Source of the DNA: Enterobacter phage vB_ExiM_F4M1E
Sequence record: OL744216.1
Length of the DNA: 64,000 nt
Reading direction: 5' to 3' (one strand)
Shown: piece by piece, positions 39,129-48,464 of the stretch
Layout: each line of letters begins with the position of its first letter
How positions within the stretch are numbered: position 1 is the first letter of the stretch
Notes under the pieces: generated by a model
The model's input: only the letters and a program-made list of their open reading frames with translations
Told to the model about the DNA's origin: nothing
Database searches by the model: none
Program-made: the position numbers and the translations under genes

Positions 39129-39350
39129 TTAAAAATCAAACTGTTTAGTTAACTTTTTCATCGTGCCTTGATATGACGGGTGCAGTTTGTAATTGCACCC
39201 CTTCTCAACACACCAATCCGAAGCCGGGTTACGAAGCGCCACCAAACCACACCAGGCACAGACTTGCTTGCCTGCGTGTTTGTCCAGATAGAAGTGGTGA
39301 CGCTCATAATGATACTCTTCTTTCTGCCCCTTGTCTACCTTTTTCACCAT
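39129..39350 (-). CDS. zinc-ribbon protein
   Basis: 73 aa; CAWCG...WCVEKGC four-Cys arrangement; His-rich N-terminus. Confidence 0.45.
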   Translation of the reverse strand: MVKKVDKGQKEEYHYERHHFYLDKHAGKQVCAWCGLVALRNPASDWCVEKGCNYKLHPSYQGTMKKLTKQFDF

Positions 39351-40018
39351 CCGAATTTCTCCGTTGGAAGATAAACTTGCTGCTGGTTACGAAGTACCAG
39401 TCGCAGATCTTTTTGTGGCTCAAGATAGTCAGTCTCGGTCACACGAATAAGGTATCGCCAGCCCGGCGCACGGGCCTGTTGTGCGGTGTGCAGTTCCCAC
39501 CAGTCCCATTCAACCACCTGACCGTCCGGCGCGTCGTAGGTGTCAAGGAGGCCCTTGTTATCCATCTCACAAACCTGGCTGGAGATCCCGGCGTACAGAT
39601 TCGGGAGGTTCTCCGTGACCAAGTTGATATTGCGTGAGGCAATGAACTTCGTCGGGCAATCCCCACCGACAACCAGCAGATGGTAGCGAGGGGACTCAGT
39701 GCCTTCCTGCATGTGGATGTGCGGAGCGCCAGAGGCTGGGGACAGAGACTTCCCACCACGAGGAACGCCATCCGTGTGCCAACCAGGGATCGCAGGGATC
39801 ATGCCCGACATCAGCATGTGGGTTTTCACATCAACCACGATATGCTTTTTATCGCCACGCAGGTTAATAGCCTGGAGGGCCGCACGGGTTACGTCCCCGC
39901 CGAAGCGGAAAGCATCATCGAACGATGCGTTCCACAGACCCTGTGTGTTCTTGATGTCGTCCTGAGACGGCTTCTCGATCTTATTGCCAAACTGTACTTC
40001 GCCACGGTTAAATTTCAT
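39344..40018 (-). CDS. 2OG-Fe(II) oxygenase superfamily-like protein (putative)
   Basis: 224 aa; PGWHTDGVP gives an H-x-D iron-binding dyad; candidate distal His and Arg in ELHTAQQARAPGWRYLIR; fold assignment by motif only. Confidence 0.35.
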   Translation of the reverse strand: MKFNRGEVQFGNKIEKPSQDDIKNTQGLWNASFDDAFRFGGDVTRAALQAINLRGDKKHIVVDVKTHMLMSGMIPAIPGWHTDGVPRGGKSLSPASGAPHIHMQEGTESPRYHLLVVGGDCPTKFIASRNINLVTENLPNLYAGISSQVCEMDNKGLLDTYDAPDGQVVEWDWWELHTAQQARAPGWRYLIRVTETDYLEPQKDLRLVLRNQQQVYLPTEKFGW

Positions 40019-40027
40019 TTCGTCACC

Positions 40028-40273
40028 TCATTGATATTGGGCTTTCCAGGTAATTCGTCCGGTCTTGCACACAAACTTATCTTCAACCACCAATCCGCTG
40101 AACGCCCCGTCCGGGGCATTGACAACGGAGTTGACCATTCTCTGCTCCCCGGTCTTTACGCAACCGTCTTGGTAGTCCTGATACTCTTGCATTCCGTAAC
40201 TGACAAGAGAGATTATAATCAAACAGCCGATTAAAGTAAACCACAATTTGAACCAAATGCTGCTGTTTTTCAT
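40028..40273 (-). CDS. small membrane/lipoprotein-like protein
   Basis: 81 aa; N-terminal hydrophobic segment FKLWFTLIGCLIIISLV. Confidence 0.4.
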   Translation of the reverse strand: MKNSSIWFKLWFTLIGCLIIISLVSYGMQEYQDYQDGCVKTGEQRMVNSVVNAPDGAFSGLVVEDKFVCKTGRITWKAQYQ

Positions 40274-40503
40274 GATAATACCCCTGCATAAATGTCGATA
40301 GCTTCCTCTTTCGAGATGTGCCCATTTACCGTGTGTACTTCCTGTTTCAGGCAGTATTTACACACCCTCGACACCTGAGTTTCATGGCTCTGTGGGACCA
40401 CATATGTCGGGGTGTCGTGATGCCGGGTGATCTGAAGGGCCTCTGTTACTCTCCAGTTGTGCATGACACATTCGTCTTTCTTTTTTGTCGTGAACCAACC
40501 CAT
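40270..40503 (-). CDS. hypothetical protein (Cys/His-rich)
   Basis: Start at MGWFTT; CVMH...CKYC pattern; track N-terminal extension removed. Confidence 0.4.
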   Translation of the reverse strand: MGWFTTKKKDECVMHNWRVTEALQITRHHDTPTYVVPQSHETQVSRVCKYCLKQEVHTVNGHISKEEAIDIYAGVLS

Positions 40504-40504
40504 G

Positions 40505-40723
40505 TTACACCTCCGGTGGTAAGGTAACGCCGCCAACGCTGCGGCAACGTGACAGGTATGCGGTGTTGGCCCGAGTAGCCTGATCCCTAAGCTCGTCGTT
40601 CTCTTTGGCCTGGTATTCGATGAACTTTAGCATTTCCCACAACTTGTCAATAAGTACATCCTTCTTCAAGGATTTCCAGTGTTTACGGAAGGCGATCTCG
40701 TCTTCACTCATCAGCCTTTTCAT
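40505..40723 (-). CDS. hypothetical protein
   Basis: Start at MKRLMSED with ATGA overlap to the upstream gene; the 28-aa track N-terminal extension was removed as unsupported. Confidence 0.4.
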   Translation of the reverse strand: MKRLMSEDEIAFRKHWKSLKKDVLIDKLWEMLKFIEYQAKENDELRDQATRANTAYLSRCRSVGGVTLPPEV

Positions 40724-41091
40724 TACAGTTTCCTCATTTTCTTGATGTTTTTTGGGGACACGTAAGAGATATTGTTGAAAATCTTCATCTCTTCTGTGGT
40801 TACGCATACATTATCTGTTTCTGCACAGAACGTGCTGCCAAGCCATACGTACATGCAGCGTACATCACCGATGCCGAAGCATGGCTTATCCCGGAGGTCA
40901 CCGAAGATAAAGTTTTCATCCTTGCCCATCGGTTTTCCGTCGATAAAGATAATATACCCCTCGTCCTTGAGTTGCTGAATCTCAAAGGCCCGGTCAAAAC
41001 CCTTCATGAAGCGACGGTATGAAGACTTATTCATGAAATCACTTTCGTGAATGATTGCAGAACTTACCTGCGTGATTTTGGTGTTGTTCAT
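40723..41091 (-). CDS. hypothetical protein
   Basis: 122 aa; first gene after the 41120-41148 promoter. Confidence 0.45.
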   Translation of the reverse strand: MNNTKITQVSSAIIHESDFMNKSSYRRFMKGFDRAFEIQQLKDEGYIIFIDGKPMGKDENFIFGDLRDKPCFGIGDVRCMYVWLGSTFCAETDNVCVTTEEMKIFNNISYVSPKNIKKMRKL

Positions 41092-41119
41092 GTCTTTTCC
41101 TCTTTGTTGTCGATGAGAG

Positions 41120-41148
41120 GATTATGCGGGAAATCAGGAGGGAAGTCA
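41120..41148 (-). promoter_or_regulatory. sigma70-like early promoter (minus strand) TTGACTTC-N17-CATAAT
   Basis: The + strand shows attatg (41120-41125) and agtcaa (41143-41148), 17-nt spacer. Confidence 0.55.
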
Positions 41149-41160
41149 ACAATTTTGTGC

Positions 41161-41186
41161 AAATAAAAAGGCCACCCGAAGGTGGC
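41161..41186 (-). terminator. rho-independent terminator (minus strand)
   Basis: Minus strand: GGCCACC-ttcg-GGTGGCC followed by tttttatt. Confidence 0.7.
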
Positions 41187-41193
41187 CTCAATC

Positions 41194-41592
41194 TTATTCA
41201 GCGTCCAGCGCCGCCAGTTCCGCACGAAGCTCTTCTGGGGTCTTGGACTGAACTTCACGCTGCTCGGCTTCCGCCAGAGCGTTGATCAGTTTCTGACGCT
41301 GCGCCGCCTTGGTCTGTGCAGCCACGCGCTCTGCCGCTTCGGTCTCTTTCACGCCGATCACGTGCTTAACGATCTCCAGCTTCAGTTCCAGATCTTTACG
41401 CACAGCGTTTTTGTTCTGGGACAGGAAGGACTCTTCCTTCTCTGCATTGATCTGGCGGTTGATACCCTTCGCCACTTCGTCCAGTTGGGTCAGAGACAGA
41501 TCGAACAGGTCTTCAGTCGCCAGTGACGCGAAGCGTGGGGAAGCGAAACGGATTTTGGAACGTGCTGCGATTTCAAAAATGTTGGTAGACAT
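41194..41592 (-). CDS. coiled-coil protein (hypothetical)
   Basis: Start at MSTNIF after GAGGAG; Ala/Glu/Lys/Gln-rich heptads (ETEAAERVAAQTKAAQRQKLINALAEAEQ). Confidence 0.45.
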   Translation of the reverse strand: MSTNIFEIAARSKIRFASPRFASLATEDLFDLSLTQLDEVAKGINRQINAEKEESFLSQNKNAVRKDLELKLEIVKHVIGVKETEAAERVAAQTKAAQRQKLINALAEAEQREVQSKTPEELRAELAALDAE

Positions 41593-41652
41593 TGTATTCT
41601 CCTCAGTAATTAAGTTCGGGTTCATTATGGGGCCTTCCGGCCCCGTTGTCAA

Positions 41653-43656
41653 TCAGAAAATCACTTTCAGTGTGCGGGTGAATGCACCAGTCACTTTCAC
41701 CGTCAGTTCGTTGCGCTGGGTATCAGAGAAGCCCAGGCCAGACAGTTGTTCGTCAGAGGCCGGAACCTTCATCTTACCTGCCAGATGCTCGAACACTTTA
41801 CGGTGCTCGTTCAGTTCGTTACGCAGATACTCGTTGTAGAAACCGCGAGTAGTGCCCGGCTGTTTTGCGCCTTCCAGCATGAAGAAGTAATGCTTGTTAC
41901 CAATCGCCTGACCGTCCCAGTGGTTCGGAGAGTTCATGATCACAGACACCTTCTGGAACTGCTCAGTCGCAACACCCCACACATCTTTGGACTGCTTGGT
42001 GTGCGGCAGTGATTCGATGACTTCCACGCCACCTTTACGGGTGTAACGGAAGGTGATCACATCCACATTGCTACCACGAGCCATCGCCTGTGGGCGGTTG
42101 AACTCCAGCGTTGTATTGCCATGTTCCAGTTGCAGGGTAAAGCCGATACGGTCACGAGATCGGACATTGTACTGATTCACCCACACCTTGTAAATACCTT
42201 CCTGAATCTGATCTTCACGTTCGAAGATGATGTTCTCAACCGGGTTCAGATCGTCATGTTTGTCCATGCCGTTCATATCCAGGTCCAGATACGCACCTGA
42301 CCCGCGACGGTTTCCGTAGTACAGATGGTCACCACGAGGTGTACGCATGTGGAGGTCGAGATCATCACCGTTGCTCCACGCAAGAGAGATACGCAGCGCA
42401 CCCTCCACCTTACCACCTGCCGCTTTCACACGCTCTTTGATGGAGTCAGTAACTTCACCGTTGTAAGACCAAGAGAAGTTGTTGTCCCACTTCAGCATGT
42501 TCGGAGCGTCCGGATATACCGGGGCCACCAGAGAAACCAGGTTACCAGTGTGGCGGTTTTCAACCATCGCTTCGATGCTTGTCGCCGTCGGCAGAACTTC
42601 ACGGATGAATTTCTCGATGGAGATCTCTTCCACGTTAGCCGGGCCTTTGACAGGTTTCTTCGCGCCTTTCAGCAGGTCACCGAACACATCTGTGGCCTTC
42701 TGGGTGTTACGGTCAGCAAACAGCACGTTGTTAACGGTCAGGTCTTCCAGTACAGCGTAGCGGCGAGGCAGAGAGTCCATCAGACCCAGTTCCTGAACCT
42801 TCTCCTGTGCCTTCTTGATCATCGCTTCGGTAACCAGCGCGGTTGGGCGCTTGTAGTTTGCCGGGGCCATAACCTTTTCCCAACGCTTAACCGCAGATTC
42901 AATATCCATACCACCGGACAGATCTTCCAGCAGGGTGCCGATCGCAGTATTACGGAACTTACCGCGCTCACCCAGCTTCAGGCCGTTTGTCCACACGAAC
43001 GCTTCTTTACCTGCGGCATCCAGAGCATCGTATTTGTTCTTCAGATCGAGGAACAGGTTGACGCTGGCGATCTGCTCGTTCCCACGGTACAGGGAACCCT
43101 GTGCGTTCAGTTCGATGATCGTTTCTGCTGCGTCGGCAGTCAGTTCGATCAGGCTGCGCTCCAGAACCTGCACGTTGCTACGAGAGCGGCTCAGGGCAGT
43201 TGCGATGTCTGAGTTTGGCTTCACGAAGTTCTGTGGCAGAACGGCGTGGAAGTGGTTATACGTCACGACCTGATCGTTTTCCAGAACGTTGCTTTGCGCC
43301 GTACCCACCTTAGTGGTGAAGTGCAGGAACTCGTCAGCGATCGGTGCTGCATGGATCATTTTGGACAGTGCGTCAACAACGGTCTGGTAGTAACCCGGCA
43401 CTTTGATGTCCCAGATAGAGACACGTTTACCATCCACAAAGGTCACCACACGACCCACATCACGGATGAACTGCTTGCAGCAGTTGCAGTCGTACTCACG
43501 GCGCTCACGGAACACGAGGTTGGTGCCCGCCGGGAATGAATCCAGATAGTGGTTCCACACCGCATCTTTGTCAGCAGCCACTTCAAACAGGCCAGTTTTA
43601 GCCATTTTGGTCAGTTGTTTCTGGATAGCCAGTACGAAGTTATGATAGTTGTTCAT
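41653..43656 (-). CDS. large orphan early protein (667 aa, function unknown)
   Basis: Long clean ORF with coding-type composition; Cys cluster YDCNCCKQF near the N-terminus; no family recognised by eye. Confidence 0.6.
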   Translation of the reverse strand: MNNYHNFVLAIQKQLTKMAKTGLFEVAADKDAVWNHYLDSFPAGTNLVFRERREYDCNCCKQFIRDVGRVVTFVDGKRVSIWDIKVPGYYQTVVDALSKMIHAAPIADEFLHFTTKVGTAQSNVLENDQVVTYNHFHAVLPQNFVKPNSDIATALSRSRSNVQVLERSLIELTADAAETIIELNAQGSLYRGNEQIASVNLFLDLKNKYDALDAAGKEAFVWTNGLKLGERGKFRNTAIGTLLEDLSGGMDIESAVKRWEKVMAPANYKRPTALVTEAMIKKAQEKVQELGLMDSLPRRYAVLEDLTVNNVLFADRNTQKATDVFGDLLKGAKKPVKGPANVEEISIEKFIREVLPTATSIEAMVENRHTGNLVSLVAPVYPDAPNMLKWDNNFSWSYNGEVTDSIKERVKAAGGKVEGALRISLAWSNGDDLDLHMRTPRGDHLYYGNRRGSGAYLDLDMNGMDKHDDLNPVENIIFEREDQIQEGIYKVWVNQYNVRSRDRIGFTLQLEHGNTTLEFNRPQAMARGSNVDVITFRYTRKGGVEVIESLPHTKQSKDVWGVATEQFQKVSVIMNSPNHWDGQAIGNKHYFFMLEGAKQPGTTRGFYNEYLRNELNEHRKVFEHLAGKMKVPASDEQLSGLGFSDTQRNELTVKVTGAFTRTLKVIF

Positions 43657-43665
43657 TTAAATCTC

Positions 43666-44352
43666 CTATTTGGAATTAATCAGGTTAGTTAAACATTTTT
43701 TAACAGAATGCGGCAGTTGTTGATGAACCTTGGGTATATCACTATCCTTTACTACCCTGATGGTTTTCACGTCAGCGCCGGATGACATAAGAGTATCCTC
43801 TATAATACTTTCAGTCAACTCCTTTATTACATTGTCCGTAGGATTTATACCCATAGAGGAGAAAACTTTCAAAATGTCTTCTTTCTTTATCACCAAGGAG
43901 AGGTCCCTCCGTCTTTCTGCGGCAGGTGTAACCTCCAAGACGGGCTTTTGAGGTGAAGTGAAAACCTGCCCCGATTGCCCCCTTATCATATCCTTGGCAA
44001 GATCGTCAAAATGTTTTGCAGACCGCAAGAGAAAATCTGAAACACCTTTTGAGTTCAGGAAGGTTTTATCTCTCTGAGCAAAAGACCGTATATCATCAAC
44101 CTTTGAAAACAAAGAGTTGGTTGGGATGTTCTTCCAGACAATATTAAAATAACTTGCCTTCCGACAGATCATCGCTGATCTGAACCCAAGCCCGGAGAAT
44201 AGGTTAGCCGCGCAACTCTTACCTCGGCTCTTGAGGGCAGAAAATACATCTGCATTCCTAACCCACACCTTACCACCACTCACAACAAATGTGAAAATAA
44301 CCCCGTTGAAATCCTTCTTGAAACAAAGGTCTCTTCCGATATTGTCATTCAT
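43666..44352 (-). CDS. Bro-N-like domain protein (putative)
   Basis: N-terminal DFNGVIFTFVVSGGKVWVRNADVFSALK resembles the Bro-N / antirepressor N-terminal beta-hairpin-helix pattern; 228 aa. Confidence 0.35.
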   Translation of the reverse strand: MNDNIGRDLCFKKDFNGVIFTFVVSGGKVWVRNADVFSALKSRGKSCAANLFSGLGFRSAMICRKASYFNIVWKNIPTNSLFSKVDDIRSFAQRDKTFLNSKGVSDFLLRSAKHFDDLAKDMIRGQSGQVFTSPQKPVLEVTPAAERRRDLSLVIKKEDILKVFSSMGINPTDNVIKELTESIIEDTLMSSGADVKTIRVVKDSDIPKVHQQLPHSVKKCLTNLINSK

Positions 44353-44368
44353 TTTTCAGCCTCATTGC

Positions 44369-44680
44369 TTAGTTAACTGTTACGAAGTCTACACCAGCTT
44401 GCTCAAGGATGTCAATACGTAATTGACGCTCTTTTTTACGGTAGTCGTTTTTCAGAGACTCCCGCTGTCTGTTAAGGGTATTGTACTGATCATCCGGGAA
44501 AATACGGATTACCGACTCGGCGGAGAAAATGCCAAGACCTTCAGCCCGGACCCCTCCATTATTGAGCAGTTTGCCCTTGGCGACAACATAGTATGGGAAT
44601 ACATCATACTTCACAATTGCCGTCACTGACGGCAGCAGGTCATCAGGATTCATCAGACTTGCCCTCCACTTTTCCAACAT
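44369..44680 (-). CDS. hypothetical protein
   Basis: 103 aa ORF with RBS. Confidence 0.45.
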   Translation of the reverse strand: MLEKWRASLMNPDDLLPSVTAIVKYDVFPYYVVAKGKLLNNGGVRAEGLGIFSAESVIRIFPDDQYNTLNRQRESLKNDYRKKERQLRIDILEQAGVDFVTVN

Positions 44681-44834
44681 ATGTCATATCCAGCTTGCTG
44701 CTGAATGTTTCGAGTCCGAGTTCATAAACCCCGTTCTCAACCAGACCAACACCCGGGATTTCGTGATTAATAACTTTTCCAGTGATGGTCCCGTCAGGGT
44801 GAATAGTCACTTGGGCCAGTGCTTTAAATGACAT
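44643..44834 (-). CDS. hypothetical protein
   Basis: 63 aa; overlaps its neighbours by ~10-40 nt; start uncertain. Confidence 0.35.
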   Translation of the reverse strand: MSFKALAQVTIHPDGTITGKVINHEIPGVGLVENGVYELGLETFSSKLDMTYVGKVEGKSDES

Positions 44835-45060
44835 AATCCGTCTCCTTTATCTTCGTCAGATCTTTTATCAGTTGTGCCAGCGAATAGTTCTTTGCCACCC
44901 ACGTGTTGTCTTTGCCAACTCGTTCCGGGTCACCAAGATATTGCACTATTTCTTCCAGCGTGTCAAACGATTTGTTGTCACGGGTTTTCATTTTTCCACT
45001 CCTGAAACTCTTCCCATTCATCGAACCAGCGACGGTACTTGGCAATAGCCTTGTCCGCAC
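44824..45060 (-). CDS. hypothetical protein
   Basis: 78 aa. Confidence 0.4.
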   Translation of the reverse strand: MRTRLLPSTVAGSMNGKSFRSGKMKTRDNKSFDTLEEIVQYLGDPERVGKDNTWVAKNYSLAQLIKDLTKIKETDYVI

Positions 45061-45274
45061 GGTCCTTTGACTTAATTTTTCCCTTTACAGGATAGATGTC
45101 TGTTGCCATCACAAGGCTCGGATCAATACTTCCCGGCCCGACCACCCAGATCTTGTAGTGGAGATCGTAATAGTCGTTGTAATATTCCAGGCGCAGACCT
45201 GCCGGGGAATAATTCTTCTTGGCGAAAAGATCCTTGGCCCGGTCCAAGAGGTCGAAGAAGTCTTCCTTATTCAC
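44978..45274 (-). CDS. hypothetical protein (GTG start)
   Basis: 98 aa starting at GTG, 7 nt after GAGGAG (cGTGAATAA overlap with the upstream stop). The track's 133-aa version begins at a TTG inside the upstream gene. Confidence 0.4.
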   Translation of the reverse strand: MNKEDFFDLLDRAKDLFAKKNYSPAGLRLEYYNDYYDLHYKIWVVGPGSIDPSLVMATDIYPVKGKIKSKDRADKAIAKYRRWFDEWEEFQEWKNENP

Positions 45275-45434
45275 GGATGAACTCCTCAATAAGTCCCAGA
45301 AGCTGTTTAGCTTGTTCCTTGTCGAGGATGACAGAGTCTTCTCCGTGGTAAATCTCAATAGTGTCGGAGAACAGGACAACTTCTTTTTCGTCCCAGTCCT
45401 CTGTCCCCTTCAAGAATTTTTTGGTCTCTTTCAT
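45267..45434 (-). CDS. hypothetical protein (55 aa, below ORF-track cutoff)
   Basis: MKETKKFLKGTEDWDEKEVVLFSDTIEIYHGEDSVILDKEQAKQLLGLIEEFIRE; RBS AAGGAG 5 nt upstream. Confidence 0.4.
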   Translation of the reverse strand: MKETKKFLKGTEDWDEKEVVLFSDTIEIYHGEDSVILDKEQAKQLLGLIEEFIRE

Positions 45435-45443
45435 GATTGCTCC

Positions 45444-45665
45444 TTAATGACCGTAGTTGCAGCCGATGATGTACTTGACACCCTTGTACTCAAACTTATG
45501 GTCGAACTGACCGCAGCAGCCGCGCTGTACCAGACGGGCATACTCCGCCATTTCTTCTTCGTTATCCACACGGGCATAACGGAAGTTGTCTGCATAATCC
45601 AGACCACAACGTGCGATATGGTAGGACAACTCTTCGTGCAGGAACATTTTAATTTCAGGTATCAT
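45444..45665 (-). CDS. Cys-rich small protein
   Basis: Start at MIPEIK after AGGAGG; RGCCGQFDHKFEYKGVKYIIGCNYGH; first gene after the 45692-45719 promoter. Confidence 0.45.
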   Translation of the reverse strand: MIPEIKMFLHEELSYHIARCGLDYADNFRYARVDNEEEMAEYARLVQRGCCGQFDHKFEYKGVKYIIGCNYGH

Positions 45666-45691
45666 ATGACCTCCTTTGTTTCGATGGGTGC

Positions 45692-45719
45692 ATATTACCA
45701 GAATGAATCTGGAAGTCAA
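45692..45719 (-). promoter_or_regulatory. sigma70-like early promoter (minus strand) TTGACTTC-N16-TAATAT
   Basis: The + strand shows atatta (45692-45697) and agtcaa (45714-45719). Confidence 0.55.
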
Positions 45720-45732
45720 CACTTTTCTTCAG

Positions 45733-45760
45733 ATAATAAAAAACCGCCCCGAAGGGCGGT
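45733..45760 (-). terminator. rho-independent terminator after DNA polymerase gene (minus strand)
   Basis: Minus strand: ACCGCCC-ttcg-GGGCGGT followed by tttttatt. Confidence 0.7.
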
Positions 45761-45765
45761 TCTGA

Positions 45766-48402
45766 TCAGTGACAATCTCCCCAACTTGTCCCTGTCAGGT
45801 ATTCACCTGTGATGTGGACTGGTGACTTCATCATCTTGGCTGCCTGCTCTACGCATTTGACCACCATCTGCCCCACCGGGCAATGAATAATCGTGTACAC
45901 GCCGTTCTCGTCCGGATCACACTTGAACTTACCTTCTTTCACACAGTGACCATCCAGAACCAGACCTTTCGCCAGGCACTGTTCAACAAAGGCTTTTGCA
46001 GTCGCCTCGTCGTTGAACTTCCATTCCTTCTTGAACTTGTGCGGCACCTCAAGCTGGTATTCATCGTGGTAGTAGATGATACGGCGGACGCCTTCATCAT
46101 ACCAGCCTCGTTTAACCAACTGCCAGTGCAACAGGATACCAACCAAGTCGAACAGTGCGGCACCGCCGTTCTGCTGGTATGCGTTCAGCAGGGAGTGTTT
46201 GGATCGGGTGTAGATCTTACGACCATCAAGACCGTAGATAAACCGTTTCCCAGTCAACTCCCAGAACTTCTCAAGGGCTTCTTTACGACCTTTCAAGCCG
46301 ATGTTGCTATCCCAGAATGCGTCGATTACCGCCTGTGCTTTGTCGAGGGAAATACCCAACATAGAGGCGATCTTCGCCGCTTGGGCACCGTACATGATGC
46401 CATATGTTACACCCTTACCTTCGCCACGGGAAACCTTCTTGCCCGCCGCCTTGGTATACGCCTCGGCGTTTCGGCTGTGGGCGTCACCAGACTCCATGAT
46501 GCGGAGATAAGCGCCACCATCGAACTCATAAGCACCCCATGCCGCGATCATACCTTCGAGGTTTGACCCGTCAATACCCACCTGATACTTCCCTTCCGAC
46601 GCCTTGAACAGCGCTCGCATTTCCTTGCCCAGCAGAACCTTCTCGTCTGGTTTAGGAACGTTAGCCACGATCGTGTGCTTACGGCGTCCGGTGTTGGTAA
46701 TACCAGAATAACGCGCCGGGAGCTTCCCGTCAATACGCAGTCGTGGATGGTTCAACCACCCCGTGTCAACCTTGTCTTCCTTGAGTGGGTCAAGTACAGA
46801 ACGGCGGTTTCGCAGGGAGAGCCATTTCACGATCTGCTTCGCCATATGACCATCAACCTTCTCAAGGTTAGGGCACAGGCCGCTCATATCCTTCAGCTGA
46901 GGCGATGTTGGCAGACCACGGGCTTTACGGCGGAGGAGTTTATACATCTTCTCCTTATCCTGCCACGCCTTCAGGGTGATCCCGAGGTACTCCAAGATCA
47001 GATCCCGGTACTCAACCTGGTCCAACTGCTCGATGTACTCACGCACAAGGCCGTCAACCTCGTTGTCAGGACGCTGTTTCTTAAACTGGTCCTTGGTAAC
47101 ATCTTTGCTGCGCCACAGCGTAGGCTTCCATCCTGCATCACGGATCAGGAACTTCTTCACGTCGTCCTGGTTACCGATTCGCATCGGGATCATGATGTCC
47201 GGCATCGTCTGATTCTTCAGGTCCAACATTGCTCGTGCCATGTCCTCTGGTGAGAGAGGGATCAGGGTCGTTTGCTTGTTGTTCTGGTCCCGGATAAACT
47301 GTGGCATCGCTGCCTCATCCTCGACACCATGCTCATTGCAATACTTGATTGCTGCCGCCGTCAGGCTACCGTCTGCCTTGAAAGACTTCGCCGGAGGGCC
47401 TTTGAAATCAAGGGCCTCCCAGTTGATGTTATATCCCAACTTCTCAAGCCACTTCCACCCGGTCCCGGACAGAGATCCGTCACCCTTGAAAGGTTTAGAT
47501 GGGAACGTGGGCTGTGCCGACTTAGCCATCTCTTTCTTGGGCAGGTGTGGTTCAACATCGCCCTCGATGTCCCGCATCATTGTGTCGATACGGTCACGAA
47601 GTTTCAGCGCCGCCTCTTCGTCGAAGGTTACGCCTTGGATCTCTTGCTCGATCATCAGGTAGTCGGTGAGCATCCCCCGGCGCAGGCCATTCTTCCAGTT
47701 GATCAGTTTGTACTTTTTGGCGTCCTTATCCTTATCTTCATCCTTGTACATGAAGCGTTTGTCATCTACCAGCTTGCCGTCGCAGGCGATCTCCTCCATG
47801 AGGGCCGTCCACACCATTTCGTTGATGATGACGTCTTCGATGATACGATCGCAATACTTCCACAGCGGCAATCCGCGCCAGTCCTCGATTGCCACCTTCT
47901 GGTTGGCAACACGCATACCCCAGGCTTCCAAACCGTGAGGGCCGACAGGTTTCATCTTCCCGGTCACCGGGTTCTTCACCATCTCAGGACAGCCACGGGG
48001 CAGCGGGCGGTCCGGGTAAAGAGTTCGAGACATTGATAAAGTGTCGAACAGGTTAACCTGTTTGCCGTTCAGGGTGCCCATGCACTTGGGATCACCGAAC
48101 ATATCATACTGAGTCCCCAGCATCTTTTTGAACAGACGCAGGTCGTAGCCGAACAGGTTGTGGATCGCAATTGAGCGAGGCTCAGTCTTGAACCAATCGT
48201 TCAACTCCTCAAAGGTGCGGATCTTGAAGTTCTTCCCCTTCGACTCGATGAATTTGATGGCCTGATCGTACCCTTCCCGATTGGGATCGAGGAAGATATT
48301 CCAGTTATCGACCTTATACTCCTTGAACAGGATCACGTGAAGCTGGTCTACCTCATCGAGCAGACCGTTGGCTTCAGCATCTCCTACAAACAACCCTTTC
48401 AT
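45766..48402 (-). CDS. DNA polymerase, family A (Pol I / T7-like) with 3'-5' exonuclease motifs
   Basis: Exo I VGDAEANGL; pol motif B K..YGIMYGAQAAKIA; motif C YYHDEYQLE; start at the in-frame ATG (MKGLF) after AAAGGAGAGAG, giving 878 aa (the track's GTG start at 48429 gives 887 aa). Confidence 0.9.
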   Translation of the reverse strand: MKGLFVGDAEANGLLDEVDQLHVILFKEYKVDNWNIFLDPNREGYDQAIKFIESKGKNFKIRTFEELNDWFKTEPRSIAIHNLFGYDLRLFKKMLGTQYDMFGDPKCMGTLNGKQVNLFDTLSMSRTLYPDRPLPRGCPEMVKNPVTGKMKPVGPHGLEAWGMRVANQKVAIEDWRGLPLWKYCDRIIEDVIINEMVWTALMEEIACDGKLVDDKRFMYKDEDKDKDAKKYKLINWKNGLRRGMLTDYLMIEQEIQGVTFDEEAALKLRDRIDTMMRDIEGDVEPHLPKKEMAKSAQPTFPSKPFKGDGSLSGTGWKWLEKLGYNINWEALDFKGPPAKSFKADGSLTAAAIKYCNEHGVEDEAAMPQFIRDQNNKQTTLIPLSPEDMARAMLDLKNQTMPDIMIPMRIGNQDDVKKFLIRDAGWKPTLWRSKDVTKDQFKKQRPDNEVDGLVREYIEQLDQVEYRDLILEYLGITLKAWQDKEKMYKLLRRKARGLPTSPQLKDMSGLCPNLEKVDGHMAKQIVKWLSLRNRRSVLDPLKEDKVDTGWLNHPRLRIDGKLPARYSGITNTGRRKHTIVANVPKPDEKVLLGKEMRALFKASEGKYQVGIDGSNLEGMIAAWGAYEFDGGAYLRIMESGDAHSRNAEAYTKAAGKKVSRGEGKGVTYGIMYGAQAAKIASMLGISLDKAQAVIDAFWDSNIGLKGRKEALEKFWELTGKRFIYGLDGRKIYTRSKHSLLNAYQQNGGAALFDLVGILLHWQLVKRGWYDEGVRRIIYYHDEYQLEVPHKFKKEWKFNDEATAKAFVEQCLAKGLVLDGHCVKEGKFKCDPDENGVYTIIHCPVGQMVVKCVEQAAKMMKSPVHITGEYLTGTSWGDCH

Positions 48403-48464
48403 ACTCTCTCCTTTTTGGCATACCTCCACTCAGGATATCCCAATGCCTCGTAAAGATCAACCTA

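Noticed and set aside
45766-48429. Possibility that the 880-aa minus-strand gene is a T7-like single-subunit RNA polymerase
   Set aside because: It has DNA Pol A motifs (DxE exonuclease motif, K...YG...YG motif B, HDE motif C) rather than RNAP motifs; no RNAP candidate was found in this window.
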